Assembly (NCBI GenBank): GCA_964636785.1
Contig: CAZWVK010000002.1
Coordinates: 3,347 to 67,346, forward strand
Reading direction: 5' to 3'
Origin: an uncultured Pseudobdellovibrionaceae bacterium
Lineage (GTDB): Bacteria; Bdellovibrionota; Bdellovibrionia; Bdellovibrionales; UBA1609
Length of the DNA stretch: 64,000 nucleotides
The notes beneath the pieces are model-generated. The model was given only the letters and a program-made list of their open reading frames with translations, made no database searches and had not been told where the DNA came from. Position 1 is the first letter of the stretch. The number at the start of each line of letters is the position of its first letter. Positions 35,997-46,195 of this stretch are shown piece after piece. The position numbers were made by a program, and so were the translations under genes.

Positions 35997-37117
35997 TATT
36001 GCTTGAAGAGACTTTGAATTTCGCCGAAAACGATTTTCTCATCGTAAACATGAAGAGCTTTCTGGCGGGCGTTTTGAATCATTTTAGCTGATAGTTCTTT
36101 ATCATCCAAAATGACCTTAACTGCCTTTGTAATTGCATCGTGTTCCTTGGGTGGTATTAAAATTCCGCTTTCCATATGATCGACAATATCAATGGGCCCT
36201 CCTGCACGAGTCGCAATAACTGGGACTTCACAAGACATGGCTTCAATCAAAACATCACCAAAAGTTTCTTCGTAAGAGGGCATGACAAAAACATCGAGGT
36301 TTGCGATGACCACATCCACATCCGATCTATGACCAAGAAACTGAATTCGCTTCTCAAGACCTTTTGATGAAACATAATCTTTCAATTTTTTCTCAAATCC
36401 TGGAGTGTCCGGTGTTTCCTTGCCAATCAGAAAGAATTTGAGATTCGGCCGGACTCCTAAAAGTTCAACGGCGGACTCAATGAATTCCTGACTGCCTTTT
36501 TGAGGGTCTATGCGACCAACCAAACCGATGGCTTTCTCATCTTCATTAAGAAGAAAAACGGACTTTCTAAACCCAGGGCTTCGTTTTGCTTTCGAGAAGC
36601 TCTTCGTGTCGACAGAGTCGGGAATGACCTTCAATTGATCTTCTGAAATCGGAAGGCAATCCATCAAAGCTTTCGCTTGGATGTGGGTCAATGCGATGAG
36701 CTTTTCAAGGCGTGAGTAAATCCATCTGTGTAAGAAGTCCTTTTTATTCACATTTTTTAAGAACATGCGAGCAAATCCAAAGACTCGAATCTTAGAAAGC
36801 CCAATAAGAGACAGGCGGAGTCGCCAAAGATTTTTCAGGTGATGAACAAAAATGATTTCAATACGGTTGGAAACCAAAAACTTTCTTAATAAAAGCGATT
36901 CTCTAAAAGAGAGATAACCCGTTTTTTGGAGTGAAAGAAATGGAATTTGATTTTCAATAAAGTGCTTTTCAAGAGGTGAGTCCTTAAGACAGACTCCGAA
37001 TATTTCATGCCCTGCATTTTTGAACCACAGGGCATGTTTAAGCGTGCACATCTCAAGCCCTCCCCAAGAAGGGCTTATACACATCTGTAAGACGGTTGCT
37101 TTACTTTCCAAGGACAT
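35993..37117 (-). CDS. Glycosyltransferase family 4 (GT-B, GT1-type)
   Basis: N-terminal SPSWGGLE and C-terminal PSYEETFGDVLIEAMSCEVPVIATRAGG (E-x7-E region). Start taken at ATG 37117, a 17-nt overlap with the upstream gene. Track start is 37159. Confidence 0.8.
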   Translation of the reverse strand: MSLESKATVLQMCISPSWGGLEMCTLKHALWFKNAGHEIFGVCLKDSPLEKHFIENQIPFLSLQKTGYLSFRESLLLRKFLVSNRIEIIFVHHLKNLWRLRLSLIGLSKIRVFGFARMFLKNVNKKDFLHRWIYSRLEKLIALTHIQAKALMDCLPISEDQLKVIPDSVDTKSFSKAKRSPGFRKSVFLLNEDEKAIGLVGRIDPQKGSQEFIESAVELLGVRPNLKFFLIGKETPDTPGFEKKLKDYVSSKGLEKRIQFLGHRSDVDVVIANLDVFVMPSYEETFGDVLIEAMSCEVPVIATRAGGPIDIVDHMESGILIPPKEHDAITKAVKVILDDKELSAKMIQNARQKALHVYDEKIVFGEIQSLFKQY

Positions 37118-38066
37118 ACGAAAAGACGAGAGGAGCAACGATAGAGGCATCCGACTCAATAATATGTCTTTTCGAAGACTTCTCTAATTTGCCCCAGGTG
37201 ATCTTTTCATTGGGAACCGCTCCAGAGTAAGAGCCGTAAGAAGTTGTTGAGTCGCTGATTTGACAGAAATAGCTCCACTTCGGAGTTTCTCTTCCAATAT
37301 CTTGTTCGAGCATGGGAACAACGCAAATTGGAAAGTCACCAGCAATTCCTCCGCCGATCTGAAAGAATCCAATCCCTTTACTATTCTCATTGGCCATGTA
37401 CCATTCTGCTAAAGATACCATGTAATCCACACCGGATTTCAAACAGTCCCTTGTGATCTTCTTTTGCATCATTCGACCTGCAAAAATATTTCCCAAAGTG
37501 GAATCTTCCCAACCAGGAACAAAAATCGGAAGATTTTTTTCAGCAGCTGCAAGCATCCAAGAGTTCTTAGGATCAATTTGGTAACTGTCCTTTAAAGCTC
37601 CACTTCTTAAGATTTGATAAAAGTATTCGTGTGGGAAATAGCTTTCCTTTTTCTCTGAAGCACTTGCCCAAGCTGCAAGAATGGGCTTTTCAAGTTTTCG
37701 AAACGCCTCTTCTTCTGGAATACAGGTGTCAGTAACCCGATTTAGATGACGGTTCAGAAGATCCATTTCTTGATCTGCCGTCAACTCTCTCCATTCTGGA
37801 ACACGCACATAGTGCTCATGAGCGACCAAGTTAAAAACGTCCTCTTCGAGATTCGCGCCCGTGCAGCTGATTCCATGAATCTTATCTTGGCGGATCATTT
37901 CAGCTAAAGTGATGCCAAGCTCTGCGGTACTCATTGCACCGGCCAGCGTGACAAGCATCTTTCCGCCTTCTTCAACATGAGATTTATAATCGCGTGCAGC
38001 GTACTTTAATGAAGCGGCGTTGAAATGAAGATAGTTCTTATCAATAAATTCGCTGATTGGTCCCAT
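37101..38066 (-). CDS. Deoxyhypusine-synthase-like protein (DHS family homologue)
   Basis: LAGAMSTAELG, GISCTGANLEEDVF and FQIGGGIAGDFP resemble DHS NAD-binding motifs. Overlaps the speA 3' end. Confidence 0.75.
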   Translation of the reverse strand: MGPISEFIDKNYLHFNAASLKYAARDYKSHVEEGGKMLVTLAGAMSTAELGITLAEMIRQDKIHGISCTGANLEEDVFNLVAHEHYVRVPEWRELTADQEMDLLNRHLNRVTDTCIPEEEAFRKLEKPILAAWASASEKKESYFPHEYFYQILRSGALKDSYQIDPKNSWMLAAAEKNLPIFVPGWEDSTLGNIFAGRMMQKKITRDCLKSGVDYMVSLAEWYMANENSKGIGFFQIGGGIAGDFPICVVPMLEQDIGRETPKWSYFCQISDSTTSYGSYSGAVPNEKITWGKLEKSSKRHIIESDASIVAPLVFSYVLGK

Positions 38067-40020
38067 TGGTCTCCTTATTTGACGTCGTGGTCATATGATA
38101 TTTGGGTGAATCGGGCTCTTCCTCAGAGAGATAAGTGTAGCTTGAAAGACCACGTTCATAGTGCTGAAGCAAGAGCTTCGCTTCGGATCTTGAAATAGAT
38201 CCGTTTAAAATTCCTGTTTCCGTGGCCTTTCGAACTTTTTCAATCAGATCCCCTTTGGAATATTCCACATAGGCTAAAACTTCGCGAACCTCATCCCCTT
38301 CAACAACGTGATCTACGGAGTATCCGCCATCGGTGATTGAAACGTGAACCGCATCGGTGTCACCAAAGAGATTGTGAAGGTCACCAAGAATTTCCTGGTA
38401 CGCACCCGTGATAAAAACTCCCATTAAATAAGGCTCATCACGCTTTAAGGAATGAACTTCAAGGTAAGGCTGTGAACCTCCGGTTTCGATATCGATAAAG
38501 TTTGTGATCTGTCCATCCGAATCACAAGTTAAATCCACAAGGGTTGCGCGTCGATCCGGCTGTTCGTTCAAACGATGAATGGGCAGGATCGGAAATAGTT
38601 GATCGAGTGCCCATGAATCTGGAAGAGATTGGAAGACGGAGAAGTTGCAATAATAAGTATCCGAAAGTTCTTTTTCCAATGAGTAACGAATATCTTCTAA
38701 GTCTTCTTTGCCACGAGAAAGCTCAAGCATGCGAGTGGCAATCGCGCGGAAAAGGTCTTCCGCCTTAGCTCGCTGCTCGAGGGTGAGAACTCCGTAAGTG
38801 AACATTTGCAAAGTGTCTTTTTTCTTTTCCACCAAATCGTTGTAATACTCGTTGAGATTAGAGAGATTCAACGATTTGTAAATATCGTAAAGATCCTGAA
38901 CAAGTCTCGATTCTTTTTCCGGAGAAGAAAGCTGAAGATCTTTGACTTTAAGTTCATTATTTCCAAGTACGTCAAAGATCAAAGCGGTAGAGTGGGCCAC
39001 CAAAGAGCGTCCAGATTCAGAGATGATGTTTGGATGGCTCACGTCTTTTTCATCACAAATGGATTGTAGAATAGAAACCACATCGTTGGCATACTCTTGT
39101 TCGGAATAGTTTGTTGAACTGTCCGAGCGTCCTGATCCGTCATAATCCACGCCAAGACCACCACCAACATCAATGTATTTTAGCGGTGCGCCCATCTTCA
39201 CTATTTCTGTGTAAAACTGAGCACCTTCTTTAATGGCGGCCTTGATGGACTGAATGGAAGGAATCTGAGAGCCGATATGGAAATGCAAAAGCTCCACACA
39301 GTCCAAAAGCTCTGCTTCCTCAAGAATTTTTAAACCTTTAACAATTTCAGAAGGCGTTAATCCAAATTTTGATTTCGCACCGGAAGTCTCTGCCCAACGA
39401 CCTGCGCTTGGAGTGTTTAATTTTGCTCGGAATCCAATTCGCGGGCGGATATTCAAACGTCGGTAAGCATTGATGATCAGCTGAATCTCTGAAAACCGAT
39501 CAACAACCACAAAGGTATTGCGCCCCAGTTTTTGAGAGATCAATGCCATCTCAATATACTCTTGGTCTTTAAAGCCGTTGCAGATGATCAAAGCATCTGG
39601 AGTGTCCATTTGTGCGAGCGAAATCAGAAGTTCTGGTTTGCTTCCAGCTTCTAGGCCAAAGTTAAACTTATGTCCGAACTCAATGATCTCTTCCACAAGG
39701 TGTTTTTGTTGATTCACTTTGATGGGATAAACACCTTGATAACGACCTTTGTAATTGGAGTCTTTGATGGCACGGTCAAAAACTCCAGTTAAAAGTTCAA
39801 TGCGGCTTTTCACCACATCTGGAAAACGAATCAACAAAGGAAGTCGCATTCCGCGCTCAAGTAAATCCTGCGTGAGAGCGTGAAGATCTAGTGCTGGTCC
39901 TTCCTGACCTTGAGGTAGGATCTGAAGATTTCCTTCTTCACTCACACTGTAATGACGGGCGCCCCAGTATTTAATACCGTAAAGTTCGCTGCTTTTTTGG
40001 ATGTCCCAAGTATCTGACAT
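38041..40020 (-). CDS. speA: Biosynthetic arginine decarboxylase
   Basis: YGIKYWG..YSV N-terminus. PLP-lysine region YPIKVNQQ. HFHIGSQ, DVGGGLGVDYDG. 659 aa. Confidence 0.92.
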   Translation of the reverse strand: MSDTWDIQKSSELYGIKYWGARHYSVSEEGNLQILPQGQEGPALDLHALTQDLLERGMRLPLLIRFPDVVKSRIELLTGVFDRAIKDSNYKGRYQGVYPIKVNQQKHLVEEIIEFGHKFNFGLEAGSKPELLISLAQMDTPDALIICNGFKDQEYIEMALISQKLGRNTFVVVDRFSEIQLIINAYRRLNIRPRIGFRAKLNTPSAGRWAETSGAKSKFGLTPSEIVKGLKILEEAELLDCVELLHFHIGSQIPSIQSIKAAIKEGAQFYTEIVKMGAPLKYIDVGGGLGVDYDGSGRSDSSTNYSEQEYANDVVSILQSICDEKDVSHPNIISESGRSLVAHSTALIFDVLGNNELKVKDLQLSSPEKESRLVQDLYDIYKSLNLSNLNEYYNDLVEKKKDTLQMFTYGVLTLEQRAKAEDLFRAIATRMLELSRGKEDLEDIRYSLEKELSDTYYCNFSVFQSLPDSWALDQLFPILPIHRLNEQPDRRATLVDLTCDSDGQITNFIDIETGGSQPYLEVHSLKRDEPYLMGVFITGAYQEILGDLHNLFGDTDAVHVSITDGGYSVDHVVEGDEVREVLAYVEYSKGDLIEKVRKATETGILNGSISRSEAKLLLQHYERGLSSYTYLSEEEPDSPKYHMTTTSNKETNGTNQRIY

Positions 40021-40034
40021 TCTGAGGATCCCCC

Positions 40035-42428
40035 TTACTTCACAATCAGGTTTAAAATCTTGCCCGATTTGTATATCACTTTCGCGATTGTTTTTCCCTC
40101 AAGTGCGTTACGAACGGAAGTGATTTCTTTTGCTTTCTGAACGGCCTCATCTTCGGACGCATCTGGACTAATTTCAATGGTTCCTCGGGTTTTGCCTAAA
40201 ACTTGAACGGCCATGGTTATAACATCGTCAATCACCTTTTTAGGGTCGAACTTGGGCCACGGTGCCAAAGTCACAAGCCCCTGGCCACCGAGCTTTTCCC
40301 ACATTTCCTCACTCATATGCGGTGCGAATGGGGCCAAAAGCTGACAGAGGGTCAATAAAAGTTCTCTGGAAGGTCGCTCCGACTTATAGGCTTCGTTCAC
40401 AAAGATCATCAGCGCACTGATTGCGGTATTGAAGTTCAAAGACTCAATGTCTTCGGAAACCTTTTTAATGGTTTTGTGAAGAGTTTTTTCCAGATTTTCC
40501 GGAGCCGATTCTGAAAGAGGCAAAAGAGCACCATTTTCATCAATGACTAAGCGCCACACTCGGTCCAAGAAACGCTTAACCCCTTCAATCCCTGAAGTCG
40601 CCCAAGGCTTGTCTTTGTCAAAAGGTCCCATAAAACAAATATATAGACGAACAGCATCGGCTCCGAACTCACGTTTCATGTCGTCTGGGTTGATGACATT
40701 TCCGCGACTCTTCGACATTTTTTGATGGTCTGGACCTAGGATCATTCCTTGATGAGCTAGCTTCATAAAGGGCTCGTCATGACTAACAAGCCCACAATCA
40801 AAGAGAACTTTTTGCCAGAATCGAGCGTAGAGAAGATGTCCCACAGTGTGCTCGGCACCACCGACATAGAGGTCTACAGGCATCCAGTATTTCTGAGCTT
40901 CAAATGAAAAAGCCTCATTCGAGTTCTTTGGATCTGTGTATCTGAGAAAGTACCAGGACGATCCTGCGGATCCGGGCATCGTATCTGTTTCTCTTAAGCC
41001 TTTTTTTCCAGTTTGAGGATCCGTGTACTCCACAAACTCGCGAACACGCGCGAGCGGCGGCTCGCCACTTTCCGAGGGCTCGTAATCGGCGACACTTGGA
41101 AGGCTGACCGGAAGCTCATCAAGGCTTACGCCTTTTTGGGTGCCGTCTTCCATATTTACGATTGGAAAAGGCTCACCCCAGTAGCGCTGCCTTGAAAATA
41201 GCCAGTCGCGAAGCTTGTACTGAACCTGCCTTATGCCTAGATTTTTTTCTTCAAGGTGAGCGATCATTTTTTGAATGGCTTCATCTTTATTAAGACCATT
41301 GATGAAGTCAGACTCCACGGCCTTTTCATCCTCGATGACTTTGAGAACTGGCAAATTGAAAGCATTTGCAAATTCAAGATCTCGCTCGTCATGTCCTGGA
41401 ACGGCCATAATCGCGCCCGTTCCGTAGTCCATTAAAACATAATCGGAAATCCAAATTGGAATTTGAACATCAGGTTTTAGAGGATGTGTAGCGTGTGCAC
41501 CCGTGAATACTCCAGTTTTTTCTGTGTTCGCCTTACGATCCACTTCGCTGATGCGTGAGGTGCGATCGATGTATTCATCCACAGCTTTTTTTTGATCCTT
41601 TAAGGTGATTTCGGGAACAAGCGGGTGTTCTGGTGCAAGAACCATAAATGTAACACCAAAAAGTGTGTCCGGACGGGTGGTGAAAACCTCAAAGGTTTTT
41701 TCAAGGCCTGCGACTTGGAAAGTGATTTTTGCACCCTCACTTTTTCCAATCCAGTTTTTCTGACCTTCCTTGGTTCGCTCCGGCCAATCCACCTTATCGA
41801 GATCATTTAAAAGGCGCTCGGCATATTCAGTGATTTTCAGCATCCACTGCTTCATTGGCATGCGGACAACCGGATGTCCCCCTCGCTCACTTTTGCCATC
41901 CACCACTTCTTCATTGGCTAAAACCGTGCGCAGCGCGGGACACCAGTTCACAGGAACTTCTTTTTGATAAGCCAGGCCACGCTCATAAAGCTTTAGAAAA
42001 ATAAACTGAGTCCACTTGTAATACTCCGAATCGCAGGTGGAAACTTCCCGGGACCAATCATAGGAAAAGCCAAAATCCTTAAGCTGCTTGCGAAAATTTT
42101 CGATGGCTTTTGCGGTCGTCTCAGCCGGATGAATTCCCGTTTGAATGGCGTACTGTTCTGCCGGAAGACCGAAAGCATCGTAGCCCATAGGATGAAGGAC
42201 TTCGAATCCCTTACAGCGCATAAATCGAGAAAGAATATCTGCAGGCAAATAAGACGCAAGATGTCCCACGTGAAGGCCAGATCCAGATGGATAAGGAAAC
42301 ATACTCAAAGCATAATACTTTGGTTTTTCAGAGCTTGGATTTTGACTATCCACTTGGGACTGATAAGCTTTATTTTGCTCCCAGCGGGACTGCCACTTTT
42401 TATCAATTGTATCAAAGGGATAACTCAT
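40035..42428 (-). CDS. leuS: Leucyl-tRNA synthetase
   Basis: HVGH (HIGH) motif in PYPSGSGLHVGHL, and KMSKS present. 797 aa. Confidence 0.95.
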   Translation of the reverse strand: MSYPFDTIDKKWQSRWEQNKAYQSQVDSQNPSSEKPKYYALSMFPYPSGSGLHVGHLASYLPADILSRFMRCKGFEVLHPMGYDAFGLPAEQYAIQTGIHPAETTAKAIENFRKQLKDFGFSYDWSREVSTCDSEYYKWTQFIFLKLYERGLAYQKEVPVNWCPALRTVLANEEVVDGKSERGGHPVVRMPMKQWMLKITEYAERLLNDLDKVDWPERTKEGQKNWIGKSEGAKITFQVAGLEKTFEVFTTRPDTLFGVTFMVLAPEHPLVPEITLKDQKKAVDEYIDRTSRISEVDRKANTEKTGVFTGAHATHPLKPDVQIPIWISDYVLMDYGTGAIMAVPGHDERDLEFANAFNLPVLKVIEDEKAVESDFINGLNKDEAIQKMIAHLEEKNLGIRQVQYKLRDWLFSRQRYWGEPFPIVNMEDGTQKGVSLDELPVSLPSVADYEPSESGEPPLARVREFVEYTDPQTGKKGLRETDTMPGSAGSSWYFLRYTDPKNSNEAFSFEAQKYWMPVDLYVGGAEHTVGHLLYARFWQKVLFDCGLVSHDEPFMKLAHQGMILGPDHQKMSKSRGNVINPDDMKREFGADAVRLYICFMGPFDKDKPWATSGIEGVKRFLDRVWRLVIDENGALLPLSESAPENLEKTLHKTIKKVSEDIESLNFNTAISALMIFVNEAYKSERPSRELLLTLCQLLAPFAPHMSEEMWEKLGGQGLVTLAPWPKFDPKKVIDDVITMAVQVLGKTRGTIEISPDASEDEAVQKAKEITSVRNALEGKTIAKVIYKSGKILNLIVK

Positions 42429-42484
42429 GGTGGTGAGATAGTGGACAGGGTGCTAGGAGTCAACCATAGAAGCTGGAGGAGCGC

Positions 42485-44611
42485 TTGAAAAGATGGAGTG
42501 TGGGCCTGGCGCTTCTCTGTATCGGTTGTGGAGTGGCCTTGTTTCTTTTCCAGGAAAACGAAAAGGAGAATCTGATGTTTTCGAAGTTTGCAGAAAAAAA
42601 ACCAGTGGGGCTCGAAAAGCATGGCGACAAACGCATCGACAATTACTTTTGGATGAACGAGCGCGATTCACGGCCGGTTTTAGAGTATTTAAATGCTGAA
42701 AATGAGTTTGCGGACCAGGTTTTAAAGCCAACAGAAAAACTTCAAAAGATTCTTTTTGAAGAGATGAAATCCCGTTTGATTGAGGATGAGTCGACCGTTC
42801 CTGTCCAGGTGGATGAGTATTATTACTACCGCCGCTTTGAGCCAGGAAAAGAGTACCCAATTTCAGCTCGAAAGAAGGGAAGCCTCGATGCCCAAGAAGA
42901 AATTCTGGTGGATGGCAATGAGTGGGCCAAGGGAAAGAACTTCTTTCAGATGACAGGGGTGCAGGTGACCCGTGACCATCAAATCCTTGCTGTTGGAGCT
43001 GACACAGTGGGAAGACGGTTTTTTGATCTGCGCTTTAAGCGGACGGATGAAAAAGAGTTTTTGCCTTTTCAAATCGAAAACACCACGGGGAATTTTGTTT
43101 GGGCCGCGGATTCGAAAACACTGTTCTTTTCCAGGCAAGATCCCGAGACTTTGCGCTCCTTTCAGATTTTTCGTTATAAATTGGGAGAAGATAAAGAGCC
43201 TGTTCTTGTTTTTGAAGAAAACGACACCACCTATGCCGTTTCCGTTTGGGGCTCGAAAGACCGATCGAAAATATTCATCACAAGTGGAAAAAGAGATTCT
43301 TCTGAAGTGAGATGGGTTTCGGGATTTTCTCCGACTGATGAGTTCAAAGTCTTTCTAAAGCGCCAAGAGAACTGGGAGTACGACCTCGCGGATGGGGGAG
43401 ATCGATTCTATATTCTGACCAATTACAAGGCCGAGAACTATCGCCTGATGGAAGCACCTATTCATGCTCAGAATGAAAATGAATGGAAAGAAGTCGTTCC
43501 GCATTCGCCAGAAACTTTTATTGAGAATTTTGATGTCTATCAGGACTTTTTGGTTTTGGAAGAGCGCTTCAATGGTTTGACCCAGATTCGCATTAAAAAT
43601 CGAGGCGATGGCAAAGAAAGAACTTTGGCATTTAACGATCCAACCTATGTGGTTGGAATGCACTCACTGCCCAATTATGAGAGTGAGGAATTTCGCTTCA
43701 CTTATGAGTCACTGAATCAGCCTGAAACCACCTATGAGGAAAATCACTCTACAGGTCAAAGAATTATTAAGAAGGTGAAGGAAGTCCCTGGATTTGACGC
43801 TGGAAAATATGAATCACAACGGGTTTGGGCCACTGCTAAAGACGGAAGAAAAATTCCTATTTCAATTCTACTTAAAAAGGGTCAGAAGCTTGGGCCGGAA
43901 ACACCACTTCTTCTTTACTCCTATGGATCCTATGGTTACAGCACCGAGCCCTATTTCCGTTCCTCTGTTTTTTCCCTTGTAGATAGAGGGTTCGTTTACG
44001 CTCTCGCCCATATTCGCGGTGGATCTGAGATGGGACGTTTTTGGTATGAAGAAGGGCGCTTAAAAAATAAGATGAACACCTTCACAGATTTTATTGCTTG
44101 TAGTGAACACCTTATTCAAGAGGGCTACACTTCGAGCAATCACCTTCATATCATGGGTGGAAGTGCTGGTGGCCTTTTAATGGGAGCCGTAATCAACTTA
44201 AGACCGGATCTGTTTAAGTCCTCCATTGCGGCAGTTCCGTTTGTCGATGTTTTAACGACGATGTTGGATGAAAGCATTCCGCTGACGACGTTTGAGTACA
44301 AGGAGTGGGGAGATCCAAGAAAGAAAGAAGATTATGAGGTCATGAAGGCCTATTCCCCTTATGACAACGTCAAATCTCAGAATTATCCTAATTTATTTGT
44401 GACGACAGGTTATCACGACTCTCAGGTGCAATATTGGGAGCCAGCGAAGTGGGTCGCCAAACTGAGAGAATATAATACAGGTCCGAATCAGATTATTTTC
44501 TTTACGGAGATGGATGCAGGGCACTCGGGTGCTTCAGGAAGGTATGAGAGTTTGAAGATGGTTGCTAAAGAATATGCTTTCTTTCTGATGATGGAAGGGA
44601 TTTTAGATTGA
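42485..44611 (+). CDS. ptrB: Oligopeptidase B / prolyl-oligopeptidase family S9A serine protease
   Basis: HGDKRIDNYFWM N-terminal motif. Catalytic GGSAGGLLMG, and later D and H (DAGHSG). Two plausible starts. TTG 42485 (GGAGGA upstream) gives a hydrophobic signal-like N-terminus. ATG 42575 (AAGGAG upstream) gives a cytosolic form. Confidence 0.88.
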   Translation: MKRWSVGLALLCIGCGVALFLFQENEKENLMFSKFAEKKPVGLEKHGDKRIDNYFWMNERDSRPVLEYLNAENEFADQVLKPTEKLQKILFEEMKSRLIEDESTVPVQVDEYYYYRRFEPGKEYPISARKKGSLDAQEEILVDGNEWAKGKNFFQMTGVQVTRDHQILAVGADTVGRRFFDLRFKRTDEKEFLPFQIENTTGNFVWAADSKTLFFSRQDPETLRSFQIFRYKLGEDKEPVLVFEENDTTYAVSVWGSKDRSKIFITSGKRDSSEVRWVSGFSPTDEFKVFLKRQENWEYDLADGGDRFYILTNYKAENYRLMEAPIHAQNENEWKEVVPHSPETFIENFDVYQDFLVLEERFNGLTQIRIKNRGDGKERTLAFNDPTYVVGMHSLPNYESEEFRFTYESLNQPETTYEENHSTGQRIIKKVKEVPGFDAGKYESQRVWATAKDGRKIPISILLKKGQKLGPETPLLLYSYGSYGYSTEPYFRSSVFSLVDRGFVYALAHIRGGSEMGRFWYEEGRLKNKMNTFTDFIACSEHLIQEGYTSSNHLHIMGGSAGGLLMGAVINLRPDLFKSSIAAVPFVDVLTTMLDESIPLTTFEYKEWGDPRKKEDYEVMKAYSPYDNVKSQNYPNLFVTTGYHDSQVQYWEPAKWVAKLREYNTGPNQIIFFTEMDAGHSGASGRYESLKMVAKEYAFFLMMEGILD

Positions 44612-45540
44612 GTTCCAAGTTTGAGAACCAGTCTCGAAATATTTTAGTCGTGGATGACGATCCGCAAAGCCTTAGGATTTCCAAGGCCACATTGGAACAT
44701 GAAGGTTACAATGTCAAAACAGCGGATTCTGGGGAACAAGCTCTTGAGGAGATTCAATCCTTTCAGCCACATTTGATTCTTTTGGATGTGAGTATGCCGG
44801 GCTTGAATGGGATTGAAACATTAAGAAAGATTCGTCGAAAAGAGCGCTATATTTCGGTGATCTTTCTGTCTGGAAAATCCAATCCTGAAAGCGTCATCAA
44901 GGGGCTGGATGCTGGAGCCAACGATTATATTCGAAAACCTTTTGATATTTCCGAGTTATTGGCACGAGTGCGTACTCAACTCAGAATTAAAGATTTGAAC
45001 GATCGATTAAAGGCAGCCAATGAGCAGTTGAAAGAGTTGGTTGATACAGACGATCTGACGGGCCTTTTTAATATGAGGTCTCTTTATCAAAAGCTGGATT
45101 TCGAAATTGAGCGCGCAAGACGATATGATCGAAAAGTCGCTGTTGTGATGATGGATCTGGATCATTTCAAGCAGGTTAATGATAGCAACGATCATCTCTT
45201 TGGAAGTTATGTCTTAGCTCAGGTTGGAAAGATCATAAAAGACAATATGAGAAAGGTCGACTTTGCCGCAAGATATGGCGGTGATGAATATCTGATTGTC
45301 TTAACAGAAATCAATGAAGAGGGCGCACGAACATTCTGTCAGAGACTTTGCGACACCATTGCCCAAACTCGTTTTGAAAAAGACTGTTTCAAAGTGGATT
45401 TGACGGCCAGTCTTGGGTTTGCTGTCGCCAATCCATCCCGGCAGGAGATCGATAGCCGAAGCTTGGTTCGCGCTGCGGACCGTGCGCTCTATGATGCTAA
45501 AGAGCAGGGGAGAAACCGTGTTGTCTCGAAACCGACATAA
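44608..45540 (+). CDS. Response regulator with GGDEF diguanylate-cyclase domain (PleD/WspR-like)
   Basis: REC domain (ILVVDDD, LDVSMPGLNG, IRKPF). GGDEF domain with a GGDEY active-site variant and RKVD (RxxD I-site) 5 residues upstream. TTG start overlaps the ptrB stop (TTGA). Confidence 0.9.
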   Translation: MSSKFENQSRNILVVDDDPQSLRISKATLEHEGYNVKTADSGEQALEEIQSFQPHLILLDVSMPGLNGIETLRKIRRKERYISVIFLSGKSNPESVIKGLDAGANDYIRKPFDISELLARVRTQLRIKDLNDRLKAANEQLKELVDTDDLTGLFNMRSLYQKLDFEIERARRYDRKVAVVMMDLDHFKQVNDSNDHLFGSYVLAQVGKIIKDNMRKVDFAARYGGDEYLIVLTEINEEGARTFCQRLCDTIAQTRFEKDCFKVDLTASLGFAVANPSRQEIDSRSLVRAADRALYDAKEQGRNRVVSKPT

Positions 45541-45670
45541 AAGATATCCACAATGCTCTCTTTGTTATTAGGATTCTGTCAGGGCCTTTTTAACCGATTG
45601 GCGTCACTCCATTAAATCAGTATTTCTTTTAAGGCTCGGTGTTATTCAAACGGATTTGAATGGGGGGAAA

Positions 45671-46195
45671 ATGAATCGATCTGGATTCCAGGCTTTATGT
45701 CTAAGCCTATTATTTGTTTTTAGTATGAATTCATATGGTGAGTATCCGGTCGTTCCTGACCCGGAAATGACTCCAGGGGATGTGTGCACTCGTCAGGACC
45801 GTCATTTCGATGGCTATAGATATCGCGAAAAGATCGCACACTGTAAGCGCTCTGTTAAACGGGGTTTAAAATCCAAAATTTATAACGATTATCAGATTCC
45901 TAGCCGCTGCAGGAATCGATACACGATCGACCATTTCTATCCACTTTCAATTGGTGGAAACAACTCGGTTAAAAATCTGTGGCCGGAGCATGTATTTGTA
46001 AAAGCGCTTCGTGAAGATCTTGAACAAGATGTTTTTGATCAGGTTGCGCAAGGTCGCCTCAAGCAAAAGGAAGCTTTTGAAATCATTTATGAAGCTAAAA
46101 TGAACCCACCTGTGGAAGAGCTAAAAGCTCTTATTGTTCAGGCGGGATCAAGTTCCTGTGACAAGGCTGCCCTCGAATATTACTATAATTTCTAA
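45671..46195 (+). CDS. Secreted HNH-motif nuclease-like protein
   Basis: Signal peptide MNRSGFQALCLSLLFVFSMNSYG. HNH-like IDHFYPLSIGGNNSVKNLWPEH. ATG 45671 preceded by GGGGGGA. Confidence 0.6.
   Translation: MNRSGFQALCLSLLFVFSMNSYGEYPVVPDPEMTPGDVCTRQDRHFDGYRYREKIAHCKRSVKRGLKSKIYNDYQIPSRCRNRYTIDHFYPLSIGGNNSVKNLWPEHVFVKALREDLEQDVFDQVAQGRLKQKEAFEIIYEAKMNPPVEELKALIVQAGSSSCDKAALEYYYNF

Noticed and set aside
42453-42860. Cluster of minus- and plus-strand ORFs (42425-42622, 42453-42860, 42460-42642, 42493-42699, 42129-42488) around the leuS/ptrB junction
   Set aside because: All overlap the well-supported leuS or ptrB coding sequences or their short divergent promoter region. They have low-complexity, family-less translations.
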